This document shows positions 1-9,889 of a stretch of DNA of 64,000 bases, in pieces. The notes under the pieces were generated by a model, which was not told the DNA's origin, ran no database searches, and saw nothing but the letters and a program-made list of their open reading frames with translations. Numbering within the stretch: position 1 is the first letter of the stretch; every line of letters begins with the position of its first letter. The stretch is taken from the NCBI GenBank assembly GCA_035304485.1, contig DATGPZ010000069.1, positions 324-64,323 on the forward strand. The letters run 5' to 3'. The position numbers and the translations under genes are program-made. Origin of the DNA: Acidimicrobiia bacterium (GTDB lineage: Bacteria; Actinomycetota; Acidimicrobiia; Spongiisociales; ZC4RG35).

Positions 1-1440
1 GGCGAGACCGATCCTGTACATCACCTCCAGACCCAGGCGCTGGACGGCGTCGTCGCCACTCCCGAGGTTGCGGCTGACGGAGATCGGCTCGGCGAAGCGT
101 ATGTGGATGTCCCCGTAGCGCCTCCGCAGGTTGCGGGCGAAGCGAAGGGCCCACGAGAAGCTCTCTTTCTCCTTGGTGCCGCCGGTCGCCTCGTTGACAT
201 AGGCCCCGATCTCTTGGATCTGGTCGTATGCGATCGAGATGGGCAGGAGATAGATCTCGTCGGTCTTTCCTCGCCGCCACGAATCGACCACCCAGGACAG
301 CAGACCGAACCGGGGCGGCCGCAGCTTCCCGGTGCGGGAGCGGCCACCTTCCATGTACCACTCCAGGGGAAACCGTCTCTCGATCAGGTAGTCGATGTAG
401 GTACGAAGGACGAATTTGTAGAGGTCGTTGCCACGGAAGGTTCGGCGAATGAAGAAGACGCCAGTGCGACGCACCAGCGGTCCAACCGGGAAGAAGTTCA
501 TGTTGATCCCGCCGGCGGTGTGGTTGGGCGGAAGATCGTTCTCCCAGAGGATGAACTGGAGGGAGAGACGGTCGAGGTTGGACTTGTGGGAGGGCAGGAA
601 CACCAGCGGGTGGTCGCTCCCCAGGCGGGCGATCTCCTCCAACTGGCCTGGGTCGTAATGGATGCCGCCGTAGCCCTGGCGGATGACCCAGTGGATCAGG
701 TTGGCGATGAGATCGATCAGGTAGGCGCTGTGGCTGGCGGCGATCTCACGCAGGTAGTAGCGGGCCCGCCGCACGGCCCGAGAGGGTGATAGGCCCCGCT
801 CGTCGCCCAGGCGGCGGGCCTCCGACGTGAAATGAGGGCTGTCGAGGATGTCTTCCGCCAGAAAGCGGGGGATCTTGTAGCGGTTGCCGCGCTCGGTCCT
901 CTCAGCCCGATCGAGCACGAGATGCGCTCGCCGGGCGACGAAGTCGATCAGGGGGGGTGGGGTGTCGGCCTTCTGGTGGGCATCCACCATCTCCTCGGGT
1001 CCTGCCCCGTCTCCGACCACGATCCGAACGCGGTCAGGAGCGATGGCGAGGATCAGGTAGTCGCGGAACCAACGCGGATCGCGGGGATCGCCCAGCTTGA
1101 GCAGGTCGACCCATGAGACGGTTCTGCGACCGTGCCTCTCCGAGGGCATCCACACCACCCGGAGCGGGACCAGCCACCAGCGATCCCCTCCCGACAGCAC
1201 CCCGGCGAGCTCGGGGTCTGTCGTCCGGCTGGGACGACGGATTCTCGAAGGAGACAGGCGGAGGGTGCGGGCCCGGGCCGGATAGCAGCGCTCGACCCAC
1301 GTCTGCAACAGGGTCTCTTCCAACCCGGTCGAGGCGTCGAGGAGGAACACCGGCTCCCTGCCGGGAGGTATCTCGGGGCACGAAGGCTCGAACGGCAGAC
1401 GAACTTTGGAGATCCCGACGAGGTCGGCCAGCGAGCGCAT
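1..1440 (-). CDS. Glycerol-3-phosphate/lysophospholipid acyltransferase, PlsB/GPAT family (partial; 3' end off the left edge)
   Basis: My own minus-strand translation from ATG 1440..1438 gives [20 protein letters not shown]... and continues to position 1 without a stop. It contains the H(X)4D acyltransferase motif (PSHKSNLD) and a downstream EGGRSRTGK block. It is absent from the ORF track because it runs off the window; track ORFs 103..789+ and 1053..1898- are shadows of it. Confidence 0.7.
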   Translation of the reverse strand, partial: MRSLADLVGISKVRLPFEPSCPEIPPGREPVFLLDASTGLEETLLQTWVERCYPARARTLRLSPSRIRRPSRTTDPELAGVLSGGDRWWLVPLRVVWMPSERHGRRTVSWVDLLKLGDPRDPRWFRDYLILAIAPDRVRIVVGDGAGPEEMVDAHQKADTPPPLIDFVARRAHLVLDRAERTERGNRYKIPRFLAEDILDSPHFTSEARRLGDERGLSPSRAVRRARYYLREIAASHSAYLIDLIANLIHWVIRQGYGGIHYDPGQLEEIARLGSDHPLVFLPSHKSNLDRLSLQFILWENDLPPNHTAGGINMNFFPVGPLVRRTGVFFIRRTFRGNDLYKFVLRTYIDYLIERRFPLEWYMEGGRSRTGKLRPPRFGLLSWVVDSWRRGKTDEIYLLPISIAYDQIQEIGAYVNEATGGTKEKESFSWALRFARNLRRRYGDIHIRFAEPISVSRNLGSGDDAVQRLGLEVMYRIGLA

Positions 1441-1481
1441 TGGGACTCGATCGTACCGACGAGCTCGAGGGCTCGCCGCCC

Positions 1482-1487
1482 TATGCT
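1482..1487 (+). promoter_or_regulatory. -10-like hexamer TATGCT 7 nt upstream of the dtd ATG (possible leaderless transcript)
   Basis: TATGCT (TANNNT) at 1482-1487 and ATG at 1495. The whole divergent gap to the PlsB-like start is 54 bp. No Shine-Dalgarno is visible. Confidence 0.3.
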
Positions 1488-1494
1488 CGCCGGG

Positions 1495-1950
1495 ATGCGA
1501 ACCGTGGTACAGAGGGTTTCCCGAGCCGAGGTCACGGTGGCGGGGCGGTCGGTGGGCCGGATAGGCACCGGGCTCCTCGTCCTGGTGGGGGTCACCCACG
1601 ACGACACCGAGACGGATGCCGTGGTCCTGGCGGACAAGCTCGTCGGGCTCCGGATCTTTCCTGACGACGATGGGGCGATGAACCGAGCATCGACCGAGGT
1701 GGGGGGCGAGATGCTGATCGTCAGCCAGTTCACCCTGTATGGCTCCGCCCGCCGGGGAAAACGTCCGTCGTTCACCGACGCCGCACCACCGGAACGAGCC
1801 GAGGGTCTGATCGAGACGATGGTCGACCGGGTCCGCCAGTTGGGTGTCCGTTGCGAGACCGGCCAGTTCGGGGCCCGGATGGAGGTCGAGTTGGTCAACG
1901 ACGGCCCGGTGACCCTCCTGCTCGAGACCAGGGCCGGCAGGATCTCATGA
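1495..1950 (+). CDS. dtd: D-aminoacyl-tRNA (D-Tyr-tRNA) deacylase
   Basis: C-terminal 151 aa of track ORF 1132..1950: [15 protein letters not shown]...GLLVLVGV...SQFTLYG...RPSF... is typical Dtd. Start taken at the ATG fitting family length (alternative ATG at 1483). Confidence 0.9.
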   Translation: MRTVVQRVSRAEVTVAGRSVGRIGTGLLVLVGVTHDDTETDAVVLADKLVGLRIFPDDDGAMNRASTEVGGEMLIVSQFTLYGSARRGKRPSFTDAAPPERAEGLIETMVDRVRQLGVRCETGQFGARMEVELVNDGPVTLLLETRAGRIS

Positions 1951-2532
1951 CGGTCGACGTCGCGTGTCGGCTAGGTGCTTGGGCGTCATGACCAGCGTCT
2001 GACCGGCTGCCATCGCCAAGAGGGAGGCCGGGTCGCCGATGAGTCCCGTCCGCATCGAGCGCTCGATGATTGCACCGACGGCCGCCATCGCCACGTAGAC
2101 GGCGAGGGTCAGAAGCGAGGCGGGCCCACTCCGCCTCCACACGGCCACGCTCACGGCGATCACGAGTACCAGGACGCCCGCCAGGAGCGGTGAGGCCGCC
2201 AGCACCGACCCGGCGGTGATACCGAGGCCCTTGCCGCCCCGGAAGCGATACCAAGGGTTGTAGACGTTTCCGAGGGTGGCACCGATTCCGGCCAGCGCCG
2301 CCTCCGGCCCTCCCAGGCTCGCACCGAGCGCAACGGCGGCCGCCCCCTTCGACATCTCGACCACGAGAACCGCCGCACCGAGCAGCGCCCCACCCGAGCG
2401 GAAGGCGTTGTTGGCTCCCGGGTTGCCCGACCCTTCCCTCCTGAGGTCTATTCCCCGCAATCGCGCGATCCAGTCGGCCGTGGGAACCGAGCCGATCAGG
2501 ACACCCGTCGCCGCCGCCAACAGCCAGGTCAC
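1945..2532 (-). CDS. plsY: Acyl-phosphate:glycerol-3-phosphate acyltransferase PlsY
   Basis: Last 195 aa of ORF 1945..2823-: polytopic membrane protein with GSGNPGANN and FRGGKG motifs. GTG start at 2532 forms a GTGA overlap with the upstream helicase stop at 2529. Confidence 0.85.
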   Translation of the reverse strand: MTWLLAAATGVLIGSVPTADWIARLRGIDLRREGSGNPGANNAFRSGGALLGAAVLVVEMSKGAAAVALGASLGGPEAALAGIGATLGNVYNPWYRFRGGKGLGITAGSVLAASPLLAGVLVLVIAVSVAVWRRSGPASLLTLAVYVAMAAVGAIIERSMRTGLIGDPASLLAMAAGQTLVMTPKHLADTRRRPS

Positions 2533-5500
2533 GGTCCATTCTCCTCCAGCCAGGCGCGTCCGGCAGCACAGAATCGCTGGAAATCGCAGTTCCGACACGC
2601 GGGCGAGGGCGTCGGCTCGAAGTCGTCGTCGATGATCGCCCGGCCGATGGACTCCAGTCGATCCTGCGCCCGCGACAGCCATTCGGCGTCGACGTCCCGG
2701 CGGTCGACGTCGACACCGTCTCCCAGATAGACGAAGGAAGCGGCGAGCCCTTCGGGTGGGCGAGGGCCGAAATCCACCGACCGGATTGCAACGGCATAGG
2801 CCTGCAACTGGACTTCCAGCCAAGGATCGCTGCGCCGTCGTCCGGTCTTGAAGTCGACGATCTCCCAGCCCTCTTCACGAGTCGGGTAGACCGCGTCGAT
2901 CCTGCCACGGACCCTGATTCCGCTGGACAACGGCAGTTCGAAGGCGGATTCGACCAGGACCGGTCTCGTCGAGGCGTAGGGGGAGGACAGGTACGCGGCG
3001 AAGGGGTCGGTCTTGGGTTCGGCGCGGTCGGCTTCCACCATGTCGTAGGACTCGGGGTCGAACTCGACCAACGGCACTCGCCCGAGGGAATGGAGTTCGA
3101 TCCGGCGATGGATGTCGGCGCCCCGGCGCGCCGCCGGCGACGGACGGCGGGGTAGGGGATCCACTTCCGTCCAGTAGTAGCGGCGAGGGCAGGCGGCGAA
3201 GGTCACCAGGCCCGTGACGGAAGTGACGGGGGCGGCCTCTGGCCGGGCCACGGTCGGTACCTGCTCCAACTCGAACAGGCGTTGCTGGATCGTCGACGAC
3301 CAGTCTTCGACCTGGTGGGTGACGCCCCGCGCCTCTGCGAGGGTCTCCACGTGGGACGGATCCGCCAGGGCCGCCCGGACTGCCGCCGCCCAGCCGTCCG
3401 GGAACAGGGGATCGGGGGCGGGTTCGCGGTCTGGTGCGCGCAGGATCTCGGGCCGCTCTGCCAGAGGAGCCTGGCCGAGGTCGTCGGTGAAGGGCAGACC
3501 GGCGATCAGCTCGAATAGAGGGCTGGGCGTGGCCGGCCGCTGGTTGGGGACCGGCACCCCGTACCAGTGAGAGCCCGTGACGAAGAGTCGATGCCGAGCC
3601 CGGGTGACCGCGACGTAGGCCGTGCGCCATTCTTGGCGCAGATGGCGGTCGCGGAGGATGTCGGTGGCCAGCTTGGGGTCGGTGGCCCCGTCGAACGGAG
3701 GAGGAGTGTCCCGGCGTAGTTCGTGCGGCAGCCATTGGGGGCGGGTGTAGGGGTTCTCGAAGCCGGAGGACCGGCTCGGGAAGTTGCCTTGGCTCACCGC
3801 GGGGATGAAGACGACATCCCACTCCAGCCCTTTCGAACGGTGCACCGTCAGCAGTGCGACCGCGTCCTCGCCGGAGAGTCTGGCCGCGTCCAACTCGTCG
3901 GCGGGGTTCTCCTCCATCAACTCGAGGTGGGCGAGGAACGCGGCCAGGGAGGGGCGCCCTTCGAGAGGGCTCCACTCCTCGGTGAGATCCAGGAACCGGT
4001 AGAGGTTGAGGCGCGCCGACAGGCGTCCGGCGGGAGACATCGCCTCTACCTCCTTCCAGGCGCCGGTCACTTCGAGGATCGCCCGGGCCAGTTCGGCGAG
4101 AGTGTCTCCGTGCGCTACCTCCAAGAGTGTCCGGAACTCTCTTCGGAAGCGCTCCAGGGCTCGTCTCGCTCGGCCGGACGAGCCTTCGACGTCCTCGAGG
4201 TTCTCGATCGCCTCCAGCATGGTGTGTGCAGGTAGGCCCTCGTGGTCCAAGTCCGTCTCTTCGCCTGGGCGACTGGCCCAGCGGGACAAGTGGGCCAGGT
4301 CACCCAATCCGAGGCGATATCGAGGTCCGGTGAGGATGCGGAGCAGGGCGGGACCGTCTTCGGGCGAGTGCAGGACTCTCATCCATGCCCGCACGTCGGC
4401 GACTTCCGGCACAGAGAGCAGTCCGCCCAGGTTCGCCACCTCGATGGGGATCTCGCGTTCGGTGAGGGCGTCGTGGACCAGGGCGACGTGGCGGTTCTTC
4501 CGGAACAGGATCGCGATCTCCCGCCACGGAACGCCCTCCTGATGGAGGCGCAGGACGCGGTCGGCGATCCAGTCGGCTTCGGCCACTGCGTCAGCCGCCC
4601 AGTGGACGGCGACCGAGCCGGTGCCGGCTCCGGGCAGGGCTTCCAGGTCCTCTCCGCCACCCTCGATCTGACGTCGAATCTCGTTGGCAGTGGCCACGAT
4701 CAACCGGTCGGAGCGACGATTCAGGGTCAGCGACAGCTCCCGTGCCGGGCGACCATCCCCATGGGGGAAGTGATGGATGAACTCATGGAAGTTGTCGGGT
4801 GTCGCCCCCCGCCATTCGTAGATCGTCTGATCCGTGTCGCCCACCGCCACCACCGGGAAACCATCGCCGAAGAGGCTCTGGAGCAGGATCCGCTGGGCGG
4901 GGTTGGTGTCCTGGTACTCGTCGAGTAGCACCACCCGGAACCTCGAACGAATGCGCGTGGCCACGTCGGGATGGCGAGTCAGGAGCGTGACGGCGGCCGA
5001 TATCAAGTCGGAGTAGTCGACCACCCCGAGCCGTCGCTTCTCTGCTCGGTAATCTCCCCAGGCGGCCAGCAACTCGAGCCGCTCCGGCCACGGCTCGGCG
5101 TCCTCGGCGAGCGAGACGAGGTCGTTGGGGTCGACGAGGTGGTCCTCCAGGGCGGCCCCGAATCGTTGGACCTTGTCGACCGAGCCCACCCAGGTCGCAT
5201 CCAGGTGGCGGAACTCCCGCCGCTGGAGGACGTCGTAGAGGATCTGGCGGGCGAAAGTCGGAGTGATGACGGGTGTCTCTCTCTCGATGCCGGCCAGCGC
5301 GCCGAACTCCCGGACGAGTGAGGCGGCGAAACCGTGATAGGTGTGTACTTCCGCTTCGCGTCCGGGACCGGCGACGTCGGCCAGAATCGACCGAATGCGG
5401 TCGGCCAGCTCCGATGCGGCCTTGTTGGTGAAGGTGATGCCGAGGATCTCCTCGGGTGGTGTCCCGTCCTCCACCAACGAGCGAACATAGAGGGCGACGG

Positions 5501-5594
5501 TGGTGGTCTTGCCCGTCCCGGCGCCGGCGGAGATGCGCAGGGGGCCGTCGCGGTGGGCGAGGACCGCCGCCTGCTCAGGAGTGGGCGTGATCAT
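2529..5594 (-). CDS. adnB: UvrD-like helicase fused to a C-terminal PD-(D/E)XK nuclease with a 4-Cys cluster (AdnB-type subunit)
   Basis: Walker A GAGTGKTT, motif II LLDEYQDTNPAQ, nuclease motif IVDFKTG, and Cys pattern CPRRYYW ... CRNCDFQRFC. Start at MITPTPEQ (ATG 5594) gives an ATGA overlap with the upstream gene. Subunit naming follows the mycobacterial adnA-upstream/adnB-downstream order and is an inference. Confidence 0.75.
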   Translation of the reverse strand: MITPTPEQAAVLAHRDGPLRISAGAGTGKTTTVALYVRSLVEDGTPPEEILGITFTNKAASELADRIRSILADVAGPGREAEVHTYHGFAASLVREFGALAGIERETPVITPTFARQILYDVLQRREFRHLDATWVGSVDKVQRFGAALEDHLVDPNDLVSLAEDAEPWPERLELLAAWGDYRAEKRRLGVVDYSDLISAAVTLLTRHPDVATRIRSRFRVVLLDEYQDTNPAQRILLQSLFGDGFPVVAVGDTDQTIYEWRGATPDNFHEFIHHFPHGDGRPARELSLTLNRRSDRLIVATANEIRRQIEGGGEDLEALPGAGTGSVAVHWAADAVAEADWIADRVLRLHQEGVPWREIAILFRKNRHVALVHDALTEREIPIEVANLGGLLSVPEVADVRAWMRVLHSPEDGPALLRILTGPRYRLGLGDLAHLSRWASRPGEETDLDHEGLPAHTMLEAIENLEDVEGSSGRARRALERFRREFRTLLEVAHGDTLAELARAILEVTGAWKEVEAMSPAGRLSARLNLYRFLDLTEEWSPLEGRPSLAAFLAHLELMEENPADELDAARLSGEDAVALLTVHRSKGLEWDVVFIPAVSQGNFPSRSSGFENPYTRPQWLPHELRRDTPPPFDGATDPKLATDILRDRHLRQEWRTAYVAVTRARHRLFVTGSHWYGVPVPNQRPATPSPLFELIAGLPFTDDLGQAPLAERPEILRAPDREPAPDPLFPDGWAAAVRAALADPSHVETLAEARGVTHQVEDWSSTIQQRLFELEQVPTVARPEAAPVTSVTGLVTFAACPRRYYWTEVDPLPRRPSPAARRGADIHRRIELHSLGRVPLVEFDPESYDMVEADRAEPKTDPFAAYLSSPYASTRPVLVESAFELPLSSGIRVRGRIDAVYPTREEGWEIVDFKTGRRRSDPWLEVQLQAYAVAIRSVDFGPRPPEGLAASFVYLGDGVDVDRRDVDAEWLSRAQDRLESIGRAIIDDDFEPTPSPACRNCDFQRFCAAGRAWLEENGP

Positions 5595-8536
5595 CGGTAT
5601 GCCTCCCTCCCGTCGGGCCACGCCGGGCACACGTCCCGGAACTGGCATCGCTCACAGTGGGCGCCGACCCGGGGAGTCCAATCTTCTTCGAGGATCCCCG
5701 TGGCCACTTCCTCGAGTGTCTGGCGCACCTCGTCGAGGTTCTCCATCTCGAAAGGGAAGATCTTGCGGCGTTCGGCCAGGGGGTACCACAGTTCGGCGGC
5801 CACGGGTCGGCCGTGAGCGGTCATCTCCGGGGAAGCGGCCGCCGCCAGCAGGTAATAGCCGAGTTGAAGCGAGCGGGCCGCTTCCTTGAGGGTCGGTGGG
5901 CTCTTCGAGGTCTTGTAGTCCACGATCCGGAGCCCGGCGTCGACGCGGTCGATTCGATCAGCCCGGCCGACCCATTGGACTCCGCCGAGTTCCATGTCGA
6001 GCGGAGCCTCTACGGCCACCGGCGTTCCCTGTCGCCCGGGCCAATCGGCATACATTCCGACGAGGAGAGTGGCGGCGCGCCGGTACCACGCCTGGTCGTA
6101 CGCAGGTGGTCCGAAGGGGGGATGCCGCTCCCACACCGCCTCGAGGTGACGGAGCGCCGTCTCGATGTCTCCGTGGCTGCGACCGGACTCGACGGCCTCC
6201 AACTCGGTCTCCTCCAGGACCTCATGGACGATCGACCCGAACCGGAGATAGGGGGAGTCGACCTCGATCGCCCTGAGGCGACGCTCGAGTACGTAGCGAC
6301 GCGGGCACTGGTCGTAGGAGGTCGCCTGGCTGGGGGATAGGCGGATGGGCCCGTCCAGCACGCCAGTATCGGGACCTGGGTCCGGCACGCCGGCGTAGCC
6401 GGACGGGTCCCAGGCGGGGTAGGCCGTGAGCGTCCGGAGGGCCGCCAACCTCGCCGCTTCCGGGGCAGCCGGGTCCAACAGGAGACGCCGGAGCTGGGCC
6501 TCGGCGGCCGAAACCGTGAGAGGGTCGAAGAGCCGGTCGTCGTTTGGGGGAGGGCTCGTCACCTCCTCGAAGCTGTCCAGGCCGGCCGCTGCGAGCATGA
6601 AGCGGGAAGGACGCCGTTCCCCCTCGTCGATTCCGGCGAGAGTGGCGGTCCACACCACACGTCGTCGGGCGCGGGTGGTGGCGGTGTAGGCGAGGCGGCG
6701 TTCCTCCTCGAGATGGAGGCGGGCGCGGGTGGCCCCGTCTGTGAGCCCGTGCCCCGAGAGGAGCTGAGGCTGGAGCAGTCGGGCCACTCGCCGGGTGTCG
6801 GGAAAGACGCCGTCGACGGCGTCGGCAACGAACACGACTTCGAACTCCAGCCCTTTCGCCTGGTGGAGCGTGGTCACGACCAAGCCCTCCGATCGGCTGA
6901 TCCTGAGCAGGGGCGCGGCCTCGAAGTCGCCCGAGAGGGAGGCCTCCAAGGACTCGGCGAGGCTGATGGTGGGGTCTCGCTCCGTCTGGCGCTCCAGCAT
7001 CCGCGAGAAGGAGTGCCAGGCTCGGCGGTAGTCGGCGCGGGTGGGGTCGTTGACCAGTGCTTCCAGACCGGGCATGCGGTCCCAGGCATGCCAGAACCCG
7101 TCCACGGCCGGCATCTCGGTCGCCCAGGAGGTGTCCTCCAGGAGCTCGGCGAGCCCAGCGGTATCGACTGGCGCATCTCCCAGGGCGGCTGGCCACGCCA
7201 GGCCTCGGCGGCGCCGGGTGCGGGTGAGCTCCCGCTCGGCAGCGAGAGACATGCCGACGGCGGGGCCGAGAAGCAGTCGCCGGAGCGCCAGATCCCGGTC
7301 GGGTGTCCCTTCGGGGGACGTTGCGGCAACGACGGTGTCGTGGAACAACCGGATGGCCGGGTGGTCGACCAGGCGGACGTCGGGTCGATCGTGGGGAATC
7401 GCCCGACGATCGAGAGCTCGGGACAGCTCGGGCAGCAGGTGGCGTGTGGACCGGACCAGGACCGCGATGGAGGTGAGCGGCAGCCCTTCGGAGTGCCAGA
7501 GCCGTTCCACTTCTCCTGCGATCCACTCGGCCTCCGCAGAGCGTTGATCGAAGGTATACACCTCGACCCCGCCATCGTGGTCGGCGGGCACAGGTGCGGG
7601 GCCGAAGCTCGGAGGATTGGCGGCCACCAGCCGGTGGGCCGACGCCAGGATCGCGGCCGGGACCCGGAAGGAACGCCCGAGCACGTAGACCCGGCCCCGC
7701 GCCTCGGACACCTCGTGGCGGAAGTCCTGGACGTTGCCGGGCTCGGCGCCGCGAAAGGAGTAGATCGACTGGTTGGGATCACCAGCCACCGTGAGGTTCC
7801 CGCTCCGAGCGGCGAGGCGGGCCAATCGAGCCTGGGCGGGTGACGTGTCCTGATACTCGTCGACGATCACGTGGGAGAATCCGGGATCGGTGGAGGAGAG
7901 GATCTCGACCGCTTCCGCCACCAGGAGGCCGTAGTCGATCTTGCCGGCCTCGCGCAGGGCGGCCCGGTAGCGGTCGAGGAACGCGGGGAGCGCCCGCCAG
8001 TCGGCCCGCTCCCGCGCCATCTCGCCGAGACGCAGTGGGTCGATCAGGCGCTCATGGCATCGCATCACGAAATCGGCGACTTCGGCGGCGAGGGTCGAGC
8101 TGGTCAGGAGCGGGCGGAAGGTCAGCGGCCACTCGGTCGGCTCCTCCTGGGCCAGGAGCCGTGACACGAAACGCACCTGTTCCGGGCCGGTGAGCAGGAT
8201 CGGGACGGATCTCCCCTCCGAGAAGTGGTGTTCCTCCAGAAGACGGTGCGCGAAAGAGTGGAAGGTGGTGGCGCCGGCTCCGCCCAGAGGCCGGTCGAGA
8301 CGGTGGGCGATGCGAGCATCGAGTGCGGCCGCCGAACGCCGCGAGAACGAGAGGATGAGTATGTCGCTTCCGGGGACGCCGGTCTGGAGCAGATGGGCGG
8401 CCCGACGCGCCAGGAACTCGGTCTTGCCCGTGCCAGGACCGGCCAGGACGAGCTGGAGGCCGGCCGTGTCGGCGATGGCCTCCTCCCAGTCATCCGGCCC
8501 GAGGAGGGTGGTGGCCTGCGAGGTGGGGAGAGTCAT
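5591..8536 (-). CDS. adnA: UvrD-like helicase-nuclease, second subunit of the AdnAB-type pair
   Basis: Walker A GPGTGKTE, VIVDEYQDTSPAQ, nuclease motif IVDYKTS, and Cys pattern CPRRYVLE ... CERCQFRDVC. Confidence 0.75.
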   Translation of the reverse strand: MTLPTSQATTLLGPDDWEEAIADTAGLQLVLAGPGTGKTEFLARRAAHLLQTGVPGSDILILSFSRRSAAALDARIAHRLDRPLGGAGATTFHSFAHRLLEEHHFSEGRSVPILLTGPEQVRFVSRLLAQEEPTEWPLTFRPLLTSSTLAAEVADFVMRCHERLIDPLRLGEMARERADWRALPAFLDRYRAALREAGKIDYGLLVAEAVEILSSTDPGFSHVIVDEYQDTSPAQARLARLAARSGNLTVAGDPNQSIYSFRGAEPGNVQDFRHEVSEARGRVYVLGRSFRVPAAILASAHRLVAANPPSFGPAPVPADHDGGVEVYTFDQRSAEAEWIAGEVERLWHSEGLPLTSIAVLVRSTRHLLPELSRALDRRAIPHDRPDVRLVDHPAIRLFHDTVVAATSPEGTPDRDLALRRLLLGPAVGMSLAAERELTRTRRRRGLAWPAALGDAPVDTAGLAELLEDTSWATEMPAVDGFWHAWDRMPGLEALVNDPTRADYRRAWHSFSRMLERQTERDPTISLAESLEASLSGDFEAAPLLRISRSEGLVVTTLHQAKGLEFEVVFVADAVDGVFPDTRRVARLLQPQLLSGHGLTDGATRARLHLEEERRLAYTATTRARRRVVWTATLAGIDEGERRPSRFMLAAAGLDSFEEVTSPPPNDDRLFDPLTVSAAEAQLRRLLLDPAAPEAARLAALRTLTAYPAWDPSGYAGVPDPGPDTGVLDGPIRLSPSQATSYDQCPRRYVLERRLRAIEVDSPYLRFGSIVHEVLEETELEAVESGRSHGDIETALRHLEAVWERHPPFGPPAYDQAWYRRAATLLVGMYADWPGRQGTPVAVEAPLDMELGGVQWVGRADRIDRVDAGLRIVDYKTSKSPPTLKEAARSLQLGYYLLAAAASPEMTAHGRPVAAELWYPLAERRKIFPFEMENLDEVRQTLEEVATGILEEDWTPRVGAHCERCQFRDVCPAWPDGREAYR

Positions 8537-8613
8537 GTGCAGGAGCGGGAGAAAGCCCGTGGTCGTGTGATTTGGGTTAGCGTGATCCGTAGACCGCTCG
8601 ATCGTGAGGAAGG

Positions 8614-9888
8614 ATGAAGGACGAAGCCAGCATGCTGGAGTGGGAGTCTCCCATGTACCGGGAGGCGGTGGCGCAGTTCGACCACGTGGCGCGTCTGATG
8701 GGGCTCGACGACAACGTCACGGAGCGTCTGCGCTTCCCTCAGAAGGCGACCGTGGTCACCTTCCCGTTCCGACACGATACCTACGAGGACGTGGACACAC
8801 TCTTCGGGTACCGGGTCCAGCATCTGACGACGATGGGCCCGACCAAGGGCGGGATCCGCTTCGCTCCCGACGTCAACCTGGGTGAGGTGAGCGCCCTGGC
8901 GATGCTGATGACCTGGAAGTGCGCAATCGTGGGCGTCCCGTTCGGTGGCGCCAAGGGGGGAGTGAGAGTCGACCCGATGGCGCTGTCCCGGGCCGAGCTG
9001 CAGCGGGTGACCCGCCGCTTCACCATGGAGATCATCAACGTCATCGGCCCCGACACGGACATCCCTGCGCCTGACATGGGCACCAACGAGCAGGTGATGG
9101 CCTGGCTGATGGATACCTATTCCCAGCACAAAGGTCATGCGGTGCCGGCCGTAGTCACCGGCAAGCCACCCGCTCTCGGCGGCAGCGTTGCCCGGCGCGA
9201 AGCTACCGGCCGGGGCCTCATGTTCCTGTTGCCACAGGCGGCACATCACGTGGGCATGGACGTGTCGGGAGCCCGAGTGGCGATCCACGGGTTCGGGAAC
9301 GTGGGCCGGTATGCGGCCGTGGCGGCCGCCGAGATGGGCTGTCGGGTGGTGGCCGTGTCGGACATCACGGGCGCCATCCACGACCCCGATGGTCTCGACG
9401 TGGCGGACGTCGGCAAATGGGTGGACGAGAAGCGTTACCTCGAGGGGTATCCGAACGCCGATCACATCGATGGGCCCGACCTCTTCCGGCTTCCGTGCGA
9501 CTTGCTGGTCCCAGCTGCCCTCCAGGGGGTCATAACCAAGGAGAACGCCCCTGACATCCAGGCCAAGATCATCATCGAAGGGGCCAACAACCCGACCAAC
9601 CTCGATGCCGACGAGATCCTGCGCGAGCGAGGCGTCTTCATCGTTCCCGACATCCTCGCCAACGCCGGGGGAGTGACGGTCAGTTACTTCGAGTGGGTCC
9701 AGGACGTCCAGAAGTACTTCTGGTCGGAGAACGAGATCGTGGGTCGGCTCCGCGAGATCATGACCCGGGCGTTCGACGATGTTCTCCAGATCGCCAATGC
9801 GGAAGGCGTCGATATGCGCACCGCGGCGCTGATCAAGGGGATCCGTCGGGTCGCCGACGCCAAGCTCGTCCGGGGCATATTCCCCTGA
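8614..9888 (+). CDS. gdh: Glutamate dehydrogenase (Glu/Leu/Phe/Val dehydrogenase family)
   Basis: TKGGIRF, GGAKGG and GFGNVG (Rossmann) motifs over 424 aa. GAGGAAGG Shine-Dalgarno lies before the ATG. Confidence 0.9.
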   Translation: MKDEASMLEWESPMYREAVAQFDHVARLMGLDDNVTERLRFPQKATVVTFPFRHDTYEDVDTLFGYRVQHLTTMGPTKGGIRFAPDVNLGEVSALAMLMTWKCAIVGVPFGGAKGGVRVDPMALSRAELQRVTRRFTMEIINVIGPDTDIPAPDMGTNEQVMAWLMDTYSQHKGHAVPAVVTGKPPALGGSVARREATGRGLMFLLPQAAHHVGMDVSGARVAIHGFGNVGRYAAVAAAEMGCRVVAVSDITGAIHDPDGLDVADVGKWVDEKRYLEGYPNADHIDGPDLFRLPCDLLVPAALQGVITKENAPDIQAKIIIEGANNPTNLDADEILRERGVFIVPDILANAGGVTVSYFEWVQDVQKYFWSENEIVGRLREIMTRAFDDVLQIANAEGVDMRTAALIKGIRRVADAKLVRGIFP

Positions 9889-9889
9889 C

